The position numbers and the translations under genes are program-made. A DNA stretch of 64,000 nucleotides. Origin: Klebsormidium nitens (lineage: Eukaryota; Plantae; Klebsormidiophyceae). The notes beneath the pieces are model-generated. The model was not told the origin of the DNA. It saw nothing but the letters and a program-made list of their open reading frames with translations, and searched no databases. Of this stretch, positions 10,706 through 21,814 are shown one piece after another (positions within the stretch are counted from its first letter, which is position 1; the number at the start of each line of letters is the position of its first letter). The stretch is from the NCBI GenBank assembly GCA_000708835.1, contig DF237066.1, positions 1-64,000 of the forward strand, read 5' to 3'.

Positions 10706-13700
10706 TTAACCAGAACGCTGCACGGCCCGACGGCGCGGCCCTGAGCACCGCGGTCGCCGAGCTCGAGCGGTGTTTGGCGATCAACCAGGAGCTGCAGGCG
10801 GCAAACCAGGAGCTGCAGCAACGGCTGACCTCGAGCAAAGCGATGCTGGAGCAACGGGACGAGCTGATCCGCCAGAATAATGTGTTACTACGCGCCGCCA
10901 CGCAAGCCAAGGAGGCTGCGCAGCAAAAGGCGAACGATCTGGAGATGCGCGTGTCGGCCAACATGCGGACGATTGCGACGCTGTCGACGGAGATTGCTGA
11001 GGTGGGTTGAAGGGGTAGATTGCCTTTTCCTTGTTCTTTGCAACGGGGTTTTGGATGTCAAATGTAGATTTCTTTCTCTGCGAGCGCTTGTTTGTTGTGA
11101 TTCGTATCCCTTGTGTTTTTCTTTTCACGTGAGCAGTCGGCCATCCTACGTCTCTTCTTGATGCTTCCAAGACCTTGCCGGGACAAACGCTTTCCTGCTC
11201 TTTCTACGCTGGCTTCACTCATGAACCTTACGTCCTCGCGCTGACGTAATCTGTGATCTCTTTTCCGCGCAGAGCCGTGAAACGGAGCGCCTGGTGGCCA
11301 GCGCGCTGCTCCCGGAGGGCGACGGCGAGGCGCGGCTGGAGACGTTCCAGAGGCGCGTGCGCGACGCGCTCAACCGCCGGCGTCCTGCCGGGGGGGAGGT
11401 GCCCCGTCTTCCAGTGAGCTTACCGGTAAGGATGGGATAACGGTCGTTCCCCTGTTTTCTTGTTTGGCGTTCCCGTCTGCTTATCTGCTGACTTGCTAAA
11501 TCCGGATTCTGAAACTCGGTCCTGGAGACGAGCTCAACCGCCGGGCGCCATGCAGTGGGAACGTACACCCGCCTTTCATTGAGCTTACCAGTGAGGGGGA
11601 CGGATGTTTCCGTTTGGTTTTGCCCCTCTTCTTTGTCCTGCTGAGTTGTTCATTCCGATGCCTGAGCTTCTTTCGTTGAGACGTGCTCAACCGCCGGCGC
11701 CCTGTCTCCCGGTGAGCCTACCGGAAATCGGAAAGACTGGTGTTTTCGTTTTTTTCGCCCCCTGTTCATTGTCCTGCTGAGTTGTTCGTTCCGATGCCTG
11801 AACTTCTTTCAATGAGACGCGCTCAACAGCTGGCGCCCTGGCAGGGGGAAAGTGCCCCGTTTTTCAGTGAGCTTACCGGTAAGGACGGAGTTTCGGTCGT
11901 TCCGAAGTTTGTTTTCGGTCCCTCCTTTCCTTTCTACTGCCTTATCCACTTTCAGTGTCTGGACTTCGTTGTACAAGACGTGCTCAAACGCCGGGCCTCA
12001 CAAGGGGGGCGTGCCTTTCAGTAAGCTTATCGGTGAGGCAGGAATTTTCTTGTTTTGCCTGTTCTTCTCGCTTCTGTTCTTCTGGTATTCTCGCTGAGAC
12101 GTCTTCACCCGCCATAGCATCTTTTGGGGCGAAACAATACTTATGATAAATGTGTTTACCCTTCTCGTGTATTTCTCAACAATGAGCCATGAGCGCTGTC
12201 CTGTACGGGTCCGTAGTGCGTAGCGTTTCTCATCCCCAGGGGTTGCAAGGCCGGAGAGTCGTCAAACCGGGTTGCAAGAGGATGAACAACTCAGTCGGCC
12301 TTCGGTGCTGTCGTACTCTCTGTTTGAAGCCGTTTCCTGCCCGACTCTGGCTCAATTGTGATCTCCTCTGCAACGCAGCTGTAGGAAGTGAGATTAGTCT
12401 CCAAGCGTCAATGAGTAAACTCCATACTTTGGCGACGCAGGCAATTGGGACAACCTCTCCACTGCCGCCCTCGGCTTCTCACTTCTTTCACGATTTTAGC
12501 ATCCAATCGCAATCAGATCCCTGATATCTGCGAACCCCTGGCCTTCGCCTTCCCTTGCCGAGCAGCAGTAAGTCTTCGAATTATGAGAGGCCGCTCGCAT
12601 GTCGGATTTCCCTATCCACCGAAACCCTCTCTGTCAGAACCTTCGCACGGTGACTTTGCTCGTGCCAGATGCTTTTCCCCACTAAAACATAACCTCTTCG
12701 CATGTTTTCAACAAGCCTCTTTGCTTTCCTGCAGGGTCACTTTGGCGTTGATCCCGCTCCCCCCTTCGCTCGAGGGACCCACTCTCCCCCCGGCGATGCA
12801 AAACCCGGGGGGGGGCTCCACATGAACGGACCCCCACCCCTCTTTCTGGCGACCTCAATAAAACATGTGCCCCCCCCTCCGGTCGTCCTCCCTCTNNNNN
12901 NNNNNNNNNNNNNNNNNNNNNNNNNNNNNNNNNNNNNNNNNNNNNNNNNNNNNNNNNNNNNNNNNNNNNNNNNNNNNNNNNNNNNNNNNNNNNNNNNNNN
13001 NNNNNNNNNNNNNNNNNNNNNNNNNNNNNNNNNNNNNNNNNNNNNNNNNNNNNNNNNNNNNNNNNNNNNNNNNNNNNNNNNNNNNNNNNNNNNNNNNNNN
13101 NNNNNNNNNNNNNNNNNNNNNNNNNNNNNNNNNNNNNNNNNNNNNNNNNNNNNNNNNNNNNNNNNNNNNNNNNNNNNNNNNNNNNNNNNNNNNNNNNNNN
13201 NNNNNNNNNNNNNNNNNNNNNNNNNNNNNNNNNNNNNNNNNNNNNNNNNNNNNNNNNNNNNNNNNNNNNNNNNNNNNNNNNNNNNNNNNNNNNNNNNNNN
13301 NNNNNNNNNNNNNNNNNNNNNNNNNNNNNNNNNNNNNNNNNNNNNNNNNNNNNNNNNNNNNNNNNNNNNNNNNNNNNNNNNNNNNNNNNNNNNNNNNNNN
13401 NNNNNNNNNNNNNNNNNNNNNNNNNNNNNNNNNNNNNNNNNNNNNNNNNNNNNNNNNNNNNNNNNNNNNNNNNNNNNNNNNNNNNNNNNNNNNNNNNNNN
13501 NNNNNNNNNNNNNNNNNNNNNNNNNNNNNNNNNNNNNNNNNNNNNNNNNNNNNNNNNNNNNNNNNNNNNNNNNNNNNNNNNNNNNNNNNNNNNNNNNNNN
13601 NNNNNNNNNNNNNNNNNNNNNNNGGTCGTCCTCCCTCTGCCCCGGGGGACCAGATTTGACCCTCTACTCCCCCCCCTGGCAGCTCCGGAGCCAGCTCAAA

Positions 13701-16006
13701 ACGCTGGCGCCCCCCCGCTTCCGAAGTCAATGGACCAGCGGGCCTGGGAGAATGACGCGCTTCGAGGCACGCGGAACGGAAATGCGCTCCAGGGGGGGGA
13801 GCCGGGCTGGTGGGGAGGGCCGCGAGGGACCCCCCATTCAGAGGGGCTTCGCTTGGAGGCGGCGATGCGAGAATGGGGCAGCAATGGTGGGCGGGCGGGC
13901 ACTCAGGGTGACCAATCTACGGTGCAACCCCTGGAACAGGGGGATCCGAGCAGGCCCCACAACGCACCCCCCCAAAATAATTTGAGTCTAGTGGACTTGG
14001 TTGGTTCGATGGAGTGGCTGGCTCGGCGGCAGCAGGCACAACAGGGCCCCGCCGTCTGGCCTGGAGGGGGGGTCCCAGGAGGAGAGATTCACTCCCCCGG
14101 AGGGGACGAAACGAAATGGGGGGGCGAGTCTATGGGCGCCCAGCATGCTGGGGGGATCAACTTCAATCTGCTGAACGGGCTCGCCACCGGGGGGGGGAGC
14201 AATCGGCTACGACTGAGTCCCAGCCACAACTCTGCGTTTTCCGCACCGGCCAGCCGGGGGGTGAACCTCACGCCCATCCACCCCCCCATCACGCTGGCCG
14301 AGATCTTGGCGCGCCCACAGAACTCTTCTCAGGGGGGGGCGATGCAATCGAGCCCCAGTAGCACACGGCTGGAGAAACAGCCCTCCGGGCAGTCGCAGGA
14401 GGTGTCGAAAAAGCGTTCCAGGGGGGGTAGGGGGCTGAAAGCGAAGGACGGGGAGGGGGACGGGGACCCCCCCGACTGTGAGGAGGCGGTCGCGAAGCGG
14501 GGCGCAAAGCCCCGGGGAAAAAGGGAGTGTCCGATGTGCGGGAACCTGCTGGCGGCCGCAGCGGCGGACTGTCCGAAATGCGGGCACATATTCCGGCCGT
14601 CAAAGTGGAACACACGCGCAACGCAAGGGTGAGTGGACAGACCAATCTTCCCACATTCCCTCAAATCTGTCGACTCAACCCAGCTGTTTAGAAGCGCTGT
14701 TGTCAGTCTTGAATTGCTCGTTCCGGCCGTGGAACTTGGGAGTCTAGAACGGCAAGCAGACTGCCGGACGAGCTGTTTTAGGACCGCGCTGATTTCAGAA
14801 GAACGCGAATCCGTGGATTCTCTTGTAAAAGCTCCCTCCTAGACTGCTACGGATGCTAATTCTCACAAAGTTAGCAAGTTCCTCCTCCGTGGTATAAGCA
14901 CAGGCCAAAGTGAGGAAAAAGATATCATCCGAAAGCGACGAGAACCATGCTCTCTCCTCACCCACCTGAAACTCCCGACCTAAACCCAATTGTGCCCTGG
15001 GCCATGACCTCACCCTGCCTAGCTTTATACTACCTATATGATAGGTCTGTTTGCTGCAAGTTTAAGTCACGAGGGGTAGCAACCGACTCATCTCAAGTAT
15101 TGACATCCTCGCCCATGCAGGCTTCTCGACGAGTCCCCCCGCGGTGCGAGACTCGCGCTGCAGCGCCCACCTAGCGAGGGGGGCATGCTGCCGCAGCTGA
15201 GTCTTCGAATGGGCCCGCACTCCGAGGGGGGGGCTCGAGAAGAGGTCGGCGAACACCGCTGGCGCCCAGAGGGTGGGGGATTCCTCCCGTGCCGTGGCCT
15301 AGAAATGGGGGGGGCACCACCCGGTTGGTGGCATAGTGGGGGGGCAAGAGATGAGTCTAGCTCGCATGGGGGCCACGCCGCGTTTACGCATCTGATGGGG
15401 GGGGTGAAGGAGCATGCCTCGGAGCAGGGGGGGCCAGCGGTAGGCAATCCCACCCCCCCGAACTGGGCGCTCGAGGCGTTTGCTACCATGACCGGGGTGA
15501 AATACTCCGGGGAGGGGCAGGGTGCGGGCGCTTTCGGGAATGGGGGGCCGCATGCGCCGGACTGGGGGCGGCAACCGGGCGGAATGCAGCCAGAGACAAG
15601 CGCCCGGGGGATGCCTGGACCCGAGCGGAATACTGGTGGAGGAAGGGGGAAGAAAAGAAAAGCAGCCGCGGCGACGCAGGGACCACTGCAGTCCTCCCGA
15701 ACAGGGCCTATTACGCATGTGTTCAACTGGGGGGGGGATCTTCGAGGAGGGCGTCCAAAAGCGCACGCGGCGGAAGAGAGTAACCCGAAGGATGGGCCGG
15801 AGGTTGAGCTGTCTTTGGCAAGCCCGAACTCGGGGCAACCCCGGGGGACGCGGGAGCCACACATGCATAGCGAAGCTCTTGCAGCGGCAAGTGCACATGG
15901 ACTGAATCTGAATGGAGCGCAAATTGCGGGCTACGTGAACACGTATCCGAACACCGACCGGAACACCTTGGGCTGGGGGCGAGAATTAGATCTGACCAAA
16001 AAGTAG
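10706..16006 (+). CDS. Spliced gene (5' part unresolved): coiled coil, long G/P-rich disordered region, CxxC-x10-CxxC zinc ribbon and several EAR-like motifs; putative nuclear regulator
   Basis: Phase-consistent exons: 10706-11001 (coiled coil NQELQAANQELQQRL...), 11273-11425, 12735-14628 (spans the N gap; CPMCGNLLAAAAADCPKCGHIF near its end) and 15121-16006 (stop TAG). All have canonical cag| and |gt sites. Basic NLS-like runs KKRSRGGR and RGKKRK. Confidence 0.65.
11364..12045 (+). repeat. Tandem array (~150-160 bp spacing) of the exon 3' end + 5' splice site
   Basis: gacgcgctcaaccgccggcg...gagcttaccg|gtaagg recurs at ~11364 (real exon end), 11527, 11679, 11816 and 11977. Confidence 0.9.
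12896..13623. other. Assembly gap (N run) with an identical 15-mer on both sides
   Basis: ggtcgtcctccctct at both 12881-12895 and 13624-13638. Confidence 0.95.
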
Positions 16007-17907
16007 GGTAAGTTGAGCGAATGAGTTTGACACATCGTGCGGCATGCGGACCCGGTGAGCTCAAAGGATGGATTGAAAGGTGTCAAGATCTTGCAAAAGG
16101 TCTCGTGATGAGGTCAGATAACGTACAAGGTGATCAACAAAGAAAGCCAGTGTTTCAACCGGAATTTCTCTGAGGTAATATAGGACTGATTATTCTACCG
16201 CAAGAGCTATACGAGGTGACAATCAAGTGTGTTCACGATTGCCAGCAGATGTTTCGGTGCGGAGCCCGTGTATGGTGAATTGACAACAAAGTCAACCTTC
16301 GTGATGGTCGGATCACCCGGACTCGAGTCCACGTCATGCGCATCCAAAAGCTACATGGGCTGAGAAGCGCGGAAAAGAATTCTAGCTGCATATCCAAATT
16401 CCTTGCATATGTGACGTCGTGTGGCCATATATGCAGACCCGCAAGGAATGGCCTTCAACAGTCCAAGTTCAAGTTGTATACATCGAATGAACAATCCGAA
16501 ACCTTTGGGGGCCATCATTGCTACGAGAGACCTAGTGGACTGTCGTCTCCTCTGATCTATCTAATGTTGCTTTTCTTTTCTGCATATACATATTGGCCAC
16601 GCAGTTTATGTGGCTACAGTTCCCTGCAGTGCCCTAGACCGTTTAAGTGCAGCTTAATGTGAGTACGTCCTTTTTGCCATTTAACCGCCGTACACTGGAA
16701 TCATAATCTTCATGCAGAGCGCGCAATCAATCTGGCCTGGCCCACTGTAAATCGTTTGCAATTCAATGCTGCATAGTCAGCACATACGAAACGTGTTCCG
16801 GTCATCCTCGGCCACGGGCCGGCTTTGCATTGCAAAGCGTAAGTTCACATGCAGTCTGCTGGCTTACAATCTGAGCTTTGCCATGTCATTTCCTCTGTAT
16901 TTTATGACGACGTTCGAATTGGTGCGTGGGCATTTTGCTTAAATGCAAACCGAGGTTCCAATCCGACCTAATGGAGAAGCAGCCAAGTATCATCAAGAAA
17001 CGGTGCCGCAATTATATCTGCGGAATTTTGGATCCAGCGCAGTTGCAATTCCTGACGAGGCTTTATCATGCATGCCTTGATTCTACTGAAGCGCGAGCCT
17101 CGATTTGAAGTCTACAGGCTGAACTTATGTTTCATTAATGGTTTGGATCCAGAAGGAAAAGCCGGAATAGTCATTGATATCCTCTGCATGAGGAGCCAAT
17201 GTGAAACGTAGCGAATGGCTGAAATGAGTTGGCTGGGGTTTGCACAAATCTGCGGTTAGTGAAGGGGTCATGTGTCCATTCTGAGTTTGCGCACTTGGAA
17301 ACTGGGTAGTGGTAAAACCAAGATCAAATTGCACAGGGGTGCAGTGCACAAAGATCTGCGTGCATAGACACTCGGTATCATATCATACCGTCTTAATTCT
17401 GACTGTGGTTAAGATTCTGGTGAAAGCCCTGACGAAGAGAAACAGTCAACAGCCTACTCCATCACATAGGCAATAATCTGAACTCCAATTGAACCATTCC
17501 ACATGCAATGAAGTAGCAGCAGCAGATCAATCATGAGCGTAGAAACCTTCCAAATCGTTTCTTACCATATCCGGCAGATCCGGCAATTCCAACCGTGGAC
17601 GAGAATTTGCCGGAAGAGTTGATGATCAAGATTGCAAGAACTGCCAAGAAACTCTTCGAACAGAATTTGCAACATATCCTAAGTTCCGCCCTGATCATCT
17701 GACTGCCAAGCGGACTTAGTTCTGAGGTTTAGCTTTCCAGCCCCAAAAGACTGCCCAAGTATAGGAGAACTCTTCCCCTCTATTCAGACCAGCTTCGCCT
17801 CCTGCAATGCACCACCCTGATCCCTCTCAATCATTCATCATCCACATATATGAGTTACCTCGGAACTATCTAATCTCCTCACCACTATTGTGCACACTTC
17901 TCAGCGC

Positions 17908-19920
17908 TTAGAAGTTAGCCTGGCCTGGCCTCTGGACAAGGAATCCAGAGCACTGCACCTGCCTCTTGGCATCGAAACCCAACACGCGGATATAAGCCCT
18001 GGGGTATGTTCTCTTGGCCTCAGCAACCTCCTTCAGCACCTGGCTGGGGTCAATGCAGCCGAACAAGGGGAGCTTCCACATGGTCCAGTACCGGCCGTCA
18101 TAGTATCCGCAGCCCTGGAAGTTCTCCCTGGAGACATAACCGACCTGCAAACAGCAGTAACATATGGCTAAGAGCAAGAGCAATGCAAAGGAGCAAGAGC
18201 ACCGCAGAGCAGTCCCGTGGAAAGAGGTCAATCGAAGTAGACTAAAACCTACAATGTACGATTTTCTGTGAAAGTAACAGACACAGTATGCACATGCTCG
18301 TCACCTTGAATGCGAAGGTATAGCGAGCGAAGCAGTTTCGTGGAAAGAGGTCAATCAAGGTAGACTAAAGCTGAAATGTGCGCTTTAAATTTTAAAGACA
18401 CAGCATGCACATGACGTCAGCTTGTATACGAAGGTAAAGAGAGCAAAATTGCCATAACATTGACCCCAAGAACAATGTCGTCAAAAAAGGTCATCAGTGC
18501 AAATGAATACCAGGGAAACGACTGAAGGTGCTCACACTGGATAGGGGCATCAACTGGGAATCCATGCGAACCAATTGTCCAGCAACCTGAAGCAGAACTT
18601 TGCAACCGGCCAATTTTCTCACCTCATCGAACTCAATGCAGGGGGTCCATCCCTTGCTGATCATGTAGCTGATTTCCTGCGCATTAAAGGGGTTGACCAT
18701 GGTTGAGCGAATCTCTATGTACACAAAAGCATTCAGTGCCATACTAGGTACTGCAAGGAAAAGGTACAACCATGATTATTGCCAAGACCTGTGCAGCTGG
18801 GTAGGCGAATATCAGGTGGTCAACTGATCGATGCAGCAACTATTGCCGCAATGGAGAACAGCCTGCAAGTCCTATACTCTCTTAAATGCAAGTGATATTG
18901 ATAAGGTCTGAAGAACCACCAAACAATGAGTTGAGATGTTTTCCATAAAAGATAAATGACCGGATGCTGCTCCAATTCAATGAATCTCACCTTGGCGATA
19001 GCTTCAGCGGAGAGGGGAGGGAGGTAGGAGAGGGTCTCGAACTGCAAAATCAGAACAACACACTCAGTCTAACCTTATTCGAACAAGCATCCCATTGTGA
19101 TTGAAACAGAAGAGAACCAAGGGAGATAAGGCATTGAAATTACACAATACCAAGTTGACAGATTAGAAGAAGTCTTTGGAGACACAAGGGGTGTGTGTAG
19201 GAGATTCAATCCGACTCACCTTCTTGTTGTTGAGGGGGGTCCACACCTGCATTGCAATAGAAATGAAAGATCAGACAGGGACTACCTTTAAAATCAATGA
19301 GCCGGCGTAAAAGCAAAGAGCTTGTGAATCAAGTCTCCCTGCAGCCCCCAGTTGATCTCAAGGAAAGCCAAAGAAATGCACCATCGCCAAATGCCTGATC
19401 AGCTTGTGGATACGCTTTTGATTGATCCCCTGCAGATTGAGTCTATCTGGCCAGAAATGAATGCCAAATGCACCCCCTCATCCACCATGAGTCTCCCATC
19501 CCCCACTACATCCTCTACTAGAATCGAATATCAAGTATGGCTGTAGTGCCGCTCCGCCGGTGACTGCCTACAGAGATAAAGCCCCCTGCTTTCCCTGTTA
19601 CCCCCCGTAACATCCCAAGTCACTACATGATCATCTTGATCCTCTCATCGCTGTTTGCTTCCTGCCACCTTCTAAAGTCAGTGGCTCCATAAAGTGAATC
19701 TCTGCTGACTGTATGCTGCATCGGTGCTGACCTTCATGGCCTGAACGCGTCCGCTGTTAGAGACAGTCTTGTCAGAGAAGGTGGCAGCCTTCCTGGCGGT
19801 AGGAAGGGCAGCACCAGCCTTCAACCCGGTGAAAGGCTGAGCAACCTGCTTGTTGCTGCCAGCGCTCGCTGCGGTAAACGCAGCGGCGGACCCCATCTTC
19901 ACGGCCAGAGCGGAAGCCAT
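17908..19920 (-). CDS. rbcS: Rubisco small subunit precursor, 185 aa, 5 exons
   Basis: Exons 19920-19732 (transit peptide...QAMK), 19246-19220 (VWTPLNNKK), 19041-18991 ([17 protein letters not shown]), 18676-18623 ([18 protein letters not shown]) and 18144-17908 (VGYVSREN...[16 protein letters not shown]...[12 protein letters not shown]). All four introns are GT-AG and phase 0. Confidence 0.98.
18208..18446. repeat. ~123-bp tandem duplication in rbcS intron 4
   Basis: Two units begin agcagt..cgtggaaagaggtcaatc at 18208 and 18331. Confidence 0.9.
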
Positions 19921-20682
19921 TGCGTCTAGGTGAGTAGGCGCAGGGGGTCCTGGGAACAAAAGAGCGCTGAAACTTCCTGAAGCAACAACAAACGTTTGAG
20001 AACAATGCAGGACGACTTTGCCCTCCTTGTTCCTGGGCAGACGTTCGTTTGCCTCTGCTTCACAGGCACCAGTCTCGAAAGCAGGTTGAGAATCAGTACA
20101 CACCCGAAACCGGGAGGAGTCGATTAGACAACCAAACCCCTAAACAAACCCAAGCACTTTTAATACAGTAGCTACCCGTAACTAAACCGCATCCTGGACG
20201 CCAACGTATCCTAACCTTTCATGGAGCAATTCGCGTTTTCTCAATATCGGCAGCGCGTTCTGTTTAATTAATTTGGACAAAACCCCCCACAAACAAACCC
20301 AAGCGCTTCTCACTCATACTCACGCTAAACCCCAATGCTAACCCCTTTTATCCCCCGGATACTGACCTGGCCGTATCTCAAGCTGAGTGCTGAGGATCGC
20401 CAGCCCTCCTTGTAGATAAGAGTTGACATGGCTGGGGATGAATTCACCGGGTGCCCAAGATTCTTAGAGTGGTCGGTGACCAGACTCCCGTGAAGAAAAT
20501 GGGCAAAATCTTGATGACGTGCCCCCTCAAGAATACATTGGTACTTTGCACCGGGCATTCATATGGAACTGGGTGTGCCTGGCGAGATGACCTGGCTCGA
20601 GTGAACCACAATTGCATGTCCGCTCACCAGCTGTCACCAGCCCTGAAAGTGTGCACTGTGTGCCTTTCGAGCCAAGATTCTC

Positions 20683-21450
20683 GGGAGAGTACCAATCCAG
20701 GCCCGCACAATCCAGGCCCGACAATCCAGGCCCGTCGATTTTCGGACGATTTTGACCATAGCTTTGGAACTTAAATAGATTCCCTGTGTCTCGTTTTCCG
20801 TCCGCGGCACCCCCGCGATGAAGAACCGAGCTCTGCATTTACGTAATGAACCCTCAACCTAGTAAGGTTAATTGTAAGCAGATAACTGTAACTGTAACTG
20901 TAACCGTAACTGTAACTGTAACAGTAACAGTAACTGTTACTTTGACTGAACTTGGTCTCTGTAACTCTGTCTGTGCCGTTTTAACCATGGCTGTACACTC
21001 TACTAGAGTTGCTACTTATCCAGAGTCATGTCGGAGTTTTGAGTGTGACAGTAACCGTAATCAGAACTGTAAGTGTGACTGTATCCGTTTCTCTTACCGG
21101 TATTGTATATGTAACTGTACACTGACCTAAACCTGTAACTGTACCTGTAACTGTACAACTTAATCACAGCCAAAAATGGTATCCGTCTGGTTTCGCGGCT
21201 CCGCGCCCGGTACGTATCTCTTCCAGGTGGGGCAGACCCCCGGGGTTTGCTAGGCTGGGCCCTGGGGTCCAGGCTACCGTAGCCTTACTACTTAGGCACC
21301 GGACGGCCCAGTGCAGTGTGCACTGCGGGCTGAGTCCGCAAAACAGTTTAGAAAGGGTGTCGGAGTGTCGGACAGGACGAAGTATCAACGGCCTGGATTC
21401 GGCCTAAAAATACGGGCCTGGATTATTTGGGCCTGGATTGGTACTCTCCC
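20683..21450. mobile_element. Non-autonomous TIR element (MITE), 768 bp
   Basis: Perfect 22-bp TIR: gggagagtaccaatccaggccc (20683-20704) and its reverse complement (21429-21450). Subterminal aatccaggccc repeats, three at each end in inverted orientation. No TSD recognised. Confidence 0.85.
20884..21160. repeat. (TGTAAC)n hexamer microsatellite and degenerate copies inside the MITE
   Basis: actgtaactgtaactgtaaccgtaactgtaactgtaacagtaacagtaactgtt at 20885-20938, with more copies to ~21160. Confidence 0.9.
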
Positions 21451-21550
21451 TTCATTCTCCGCCAGGATGCGACGCTTTCCGGCTTTGTGGTGAAAAGGAA
21501 GCCCTTGAATTACGTGAAAACTGCATCGACACCGTTGAAAAGCGTTCATA

Positions 21551-21814
21551 CCGTACCGCCAAGGGAATTCACCTGAAATTAAATATTTTGGGGTCGGTGT
21601 GAAAATTTTGAAACTAAATTGGGACCTGAGGGCGAAATGTCGAAATGAAGGAATTAATCAAAAATAGCTCTGTTCTGGTGAAATGGCTGGCAAAAAATCA
21701 AAATTACAGTTTCTGCGAAATGAAAAATAACTATCCAGACCGCATGGTGAAATCTGAAAACGTTCATAATTAATTATTCGCACAGAAAGGTGGTGAATTC
21801 CCTTGGCGGTACGG
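21551..21814. mobile_element. Tc1/mariner-type MITE, 264 bp, TA TSD
   Basis: TA|ccgtaccgccaagggaattcacc ... ggtgaattcccttggcggtacgg|TA. The perfect inverted repeat spans 21548-21573 and 21792-21817, including the TA. The interior is AT-rich and non-coding. Confidence 0.9.

Noticed and set aside
11364-12045. CRISPR-like look of this array and of those at 24.9-25.5, 38.8-39.3 and 63.0-63.8 kb
   Set aside because: The repeats are degenerate copies of adjacent exon edges, the spacers are related to each other, there are no cas genes, and the context is eukaryotic introns.
14014-15922. Multiple overlapping minus-strand and alternate-frame ORFs
   Set aside because: Shadows of the GC-rich plus-strand exons. 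Only one frame fits the splice phases.
16681-17411. TTAACC...GGTTAA pair as a possible TTAA-TSD element
   Set aside because: The inverted similarity collapses after 6 bp.
20130-20345. Telo-box-like and duplicated aaacaaacccaagc motifs upstream of rbcS
   Set aside because: No exact AAACCCTAA match. The 14-bp repeat is real, but I have no functional support for it.
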